The notes under the pieces: generated by a model
Told to the model about the DNA's origin: nothing
What the model saw: only the letters and a program-made list of their open reading frames with translations
Database searches by the model: none
Part shown: positions 25,369-25,473 of the stretch, one piece after another
Layout: each line of letters opens with the position of its first letter
How positions within the stretch are numbered: the stretch's first letter is position 1
Made by a program: the position numbers and the translations under genes
Source: Fibrobacterota bacterium
GTDB lineage: Bacteria; Fibrobacterota; Fibrobacteria; UBA11236
NCBI GenBank assembly: GCA_043753995.1
Contig: JAYUVP010000226.1
Coordinates: forward strand, 1-25,473
Direction of reading: 5' to 3'
DNA length: 25,473 nt

Positions 25369-25473
25369 TTAGCTAAGGCACTTCGCGGTTTCTTCGCATA
25401 GCTTCACGGCTTCTTCCCGCGTCGGGGCTTCGGCGATAATACGGGCAATGGGCTCAGTATTGCTAGCTCGCAC
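25369..25473 (-). CDS. glmM: C-terminal 34 aa of an alpha-D-phosphohexomutase, probably phosphoglucosamine mutase (partial)
   Basis: Hand translation VRASNTEPIARIIAEAPTREEAVKLCEETAKCLS* contains the RxSxTEP domain-IV motif. Its position just upstream of glmS favours GlmM over PMM/PGM. Confidence 0.75.
   Translation of the reverse strand: MRASNTEPIARIIAEAPTREEAVKLCEETAKCLS

Overview
Bacterial chromosomal window, about 55-60% GC. Two TIGR02147/DUF4423-type paralogs suggest Fibrobacterota (inference). Left to right: a giant secreted TPR protein running off the left edge (at least 1487 codons, missing from the ORF track); a small hypothetical gene; two repeated 'TIGR02147 HTH protein + translationally coupled lipoprotein' cassettes separated by a double zinc-ribbon gene; a carotenoid-oxygenase (RPE65/CCD) homolog with a remodelled metal site; a lipoprotein; a degraded low-GC patch; an acetate-CoA-ligase/GNAT (Pat-like) fusion; mutS; a His-rich Tat lipoprotein; scpB-scpA; a ~164-bp fold-back MITE-like element; an orphan DUF4123 pair; glmS; and the 3' end of a phosphohexomutase (probably glmM). 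Best candidates for something undescribed are (1) the apparently leaderless TIGR02147-lipoprotein cassettes, one with a compositionally foreign C-terminal module, (2) the His-to-Met CCD homolog and (3) the structured glmM-glmS spacer bracketed by inverted heptamer arrays. No rRNA, tRNA, CRISPR array or transposase was seen. All family calls come from motif recognition by eye, not from database searches.
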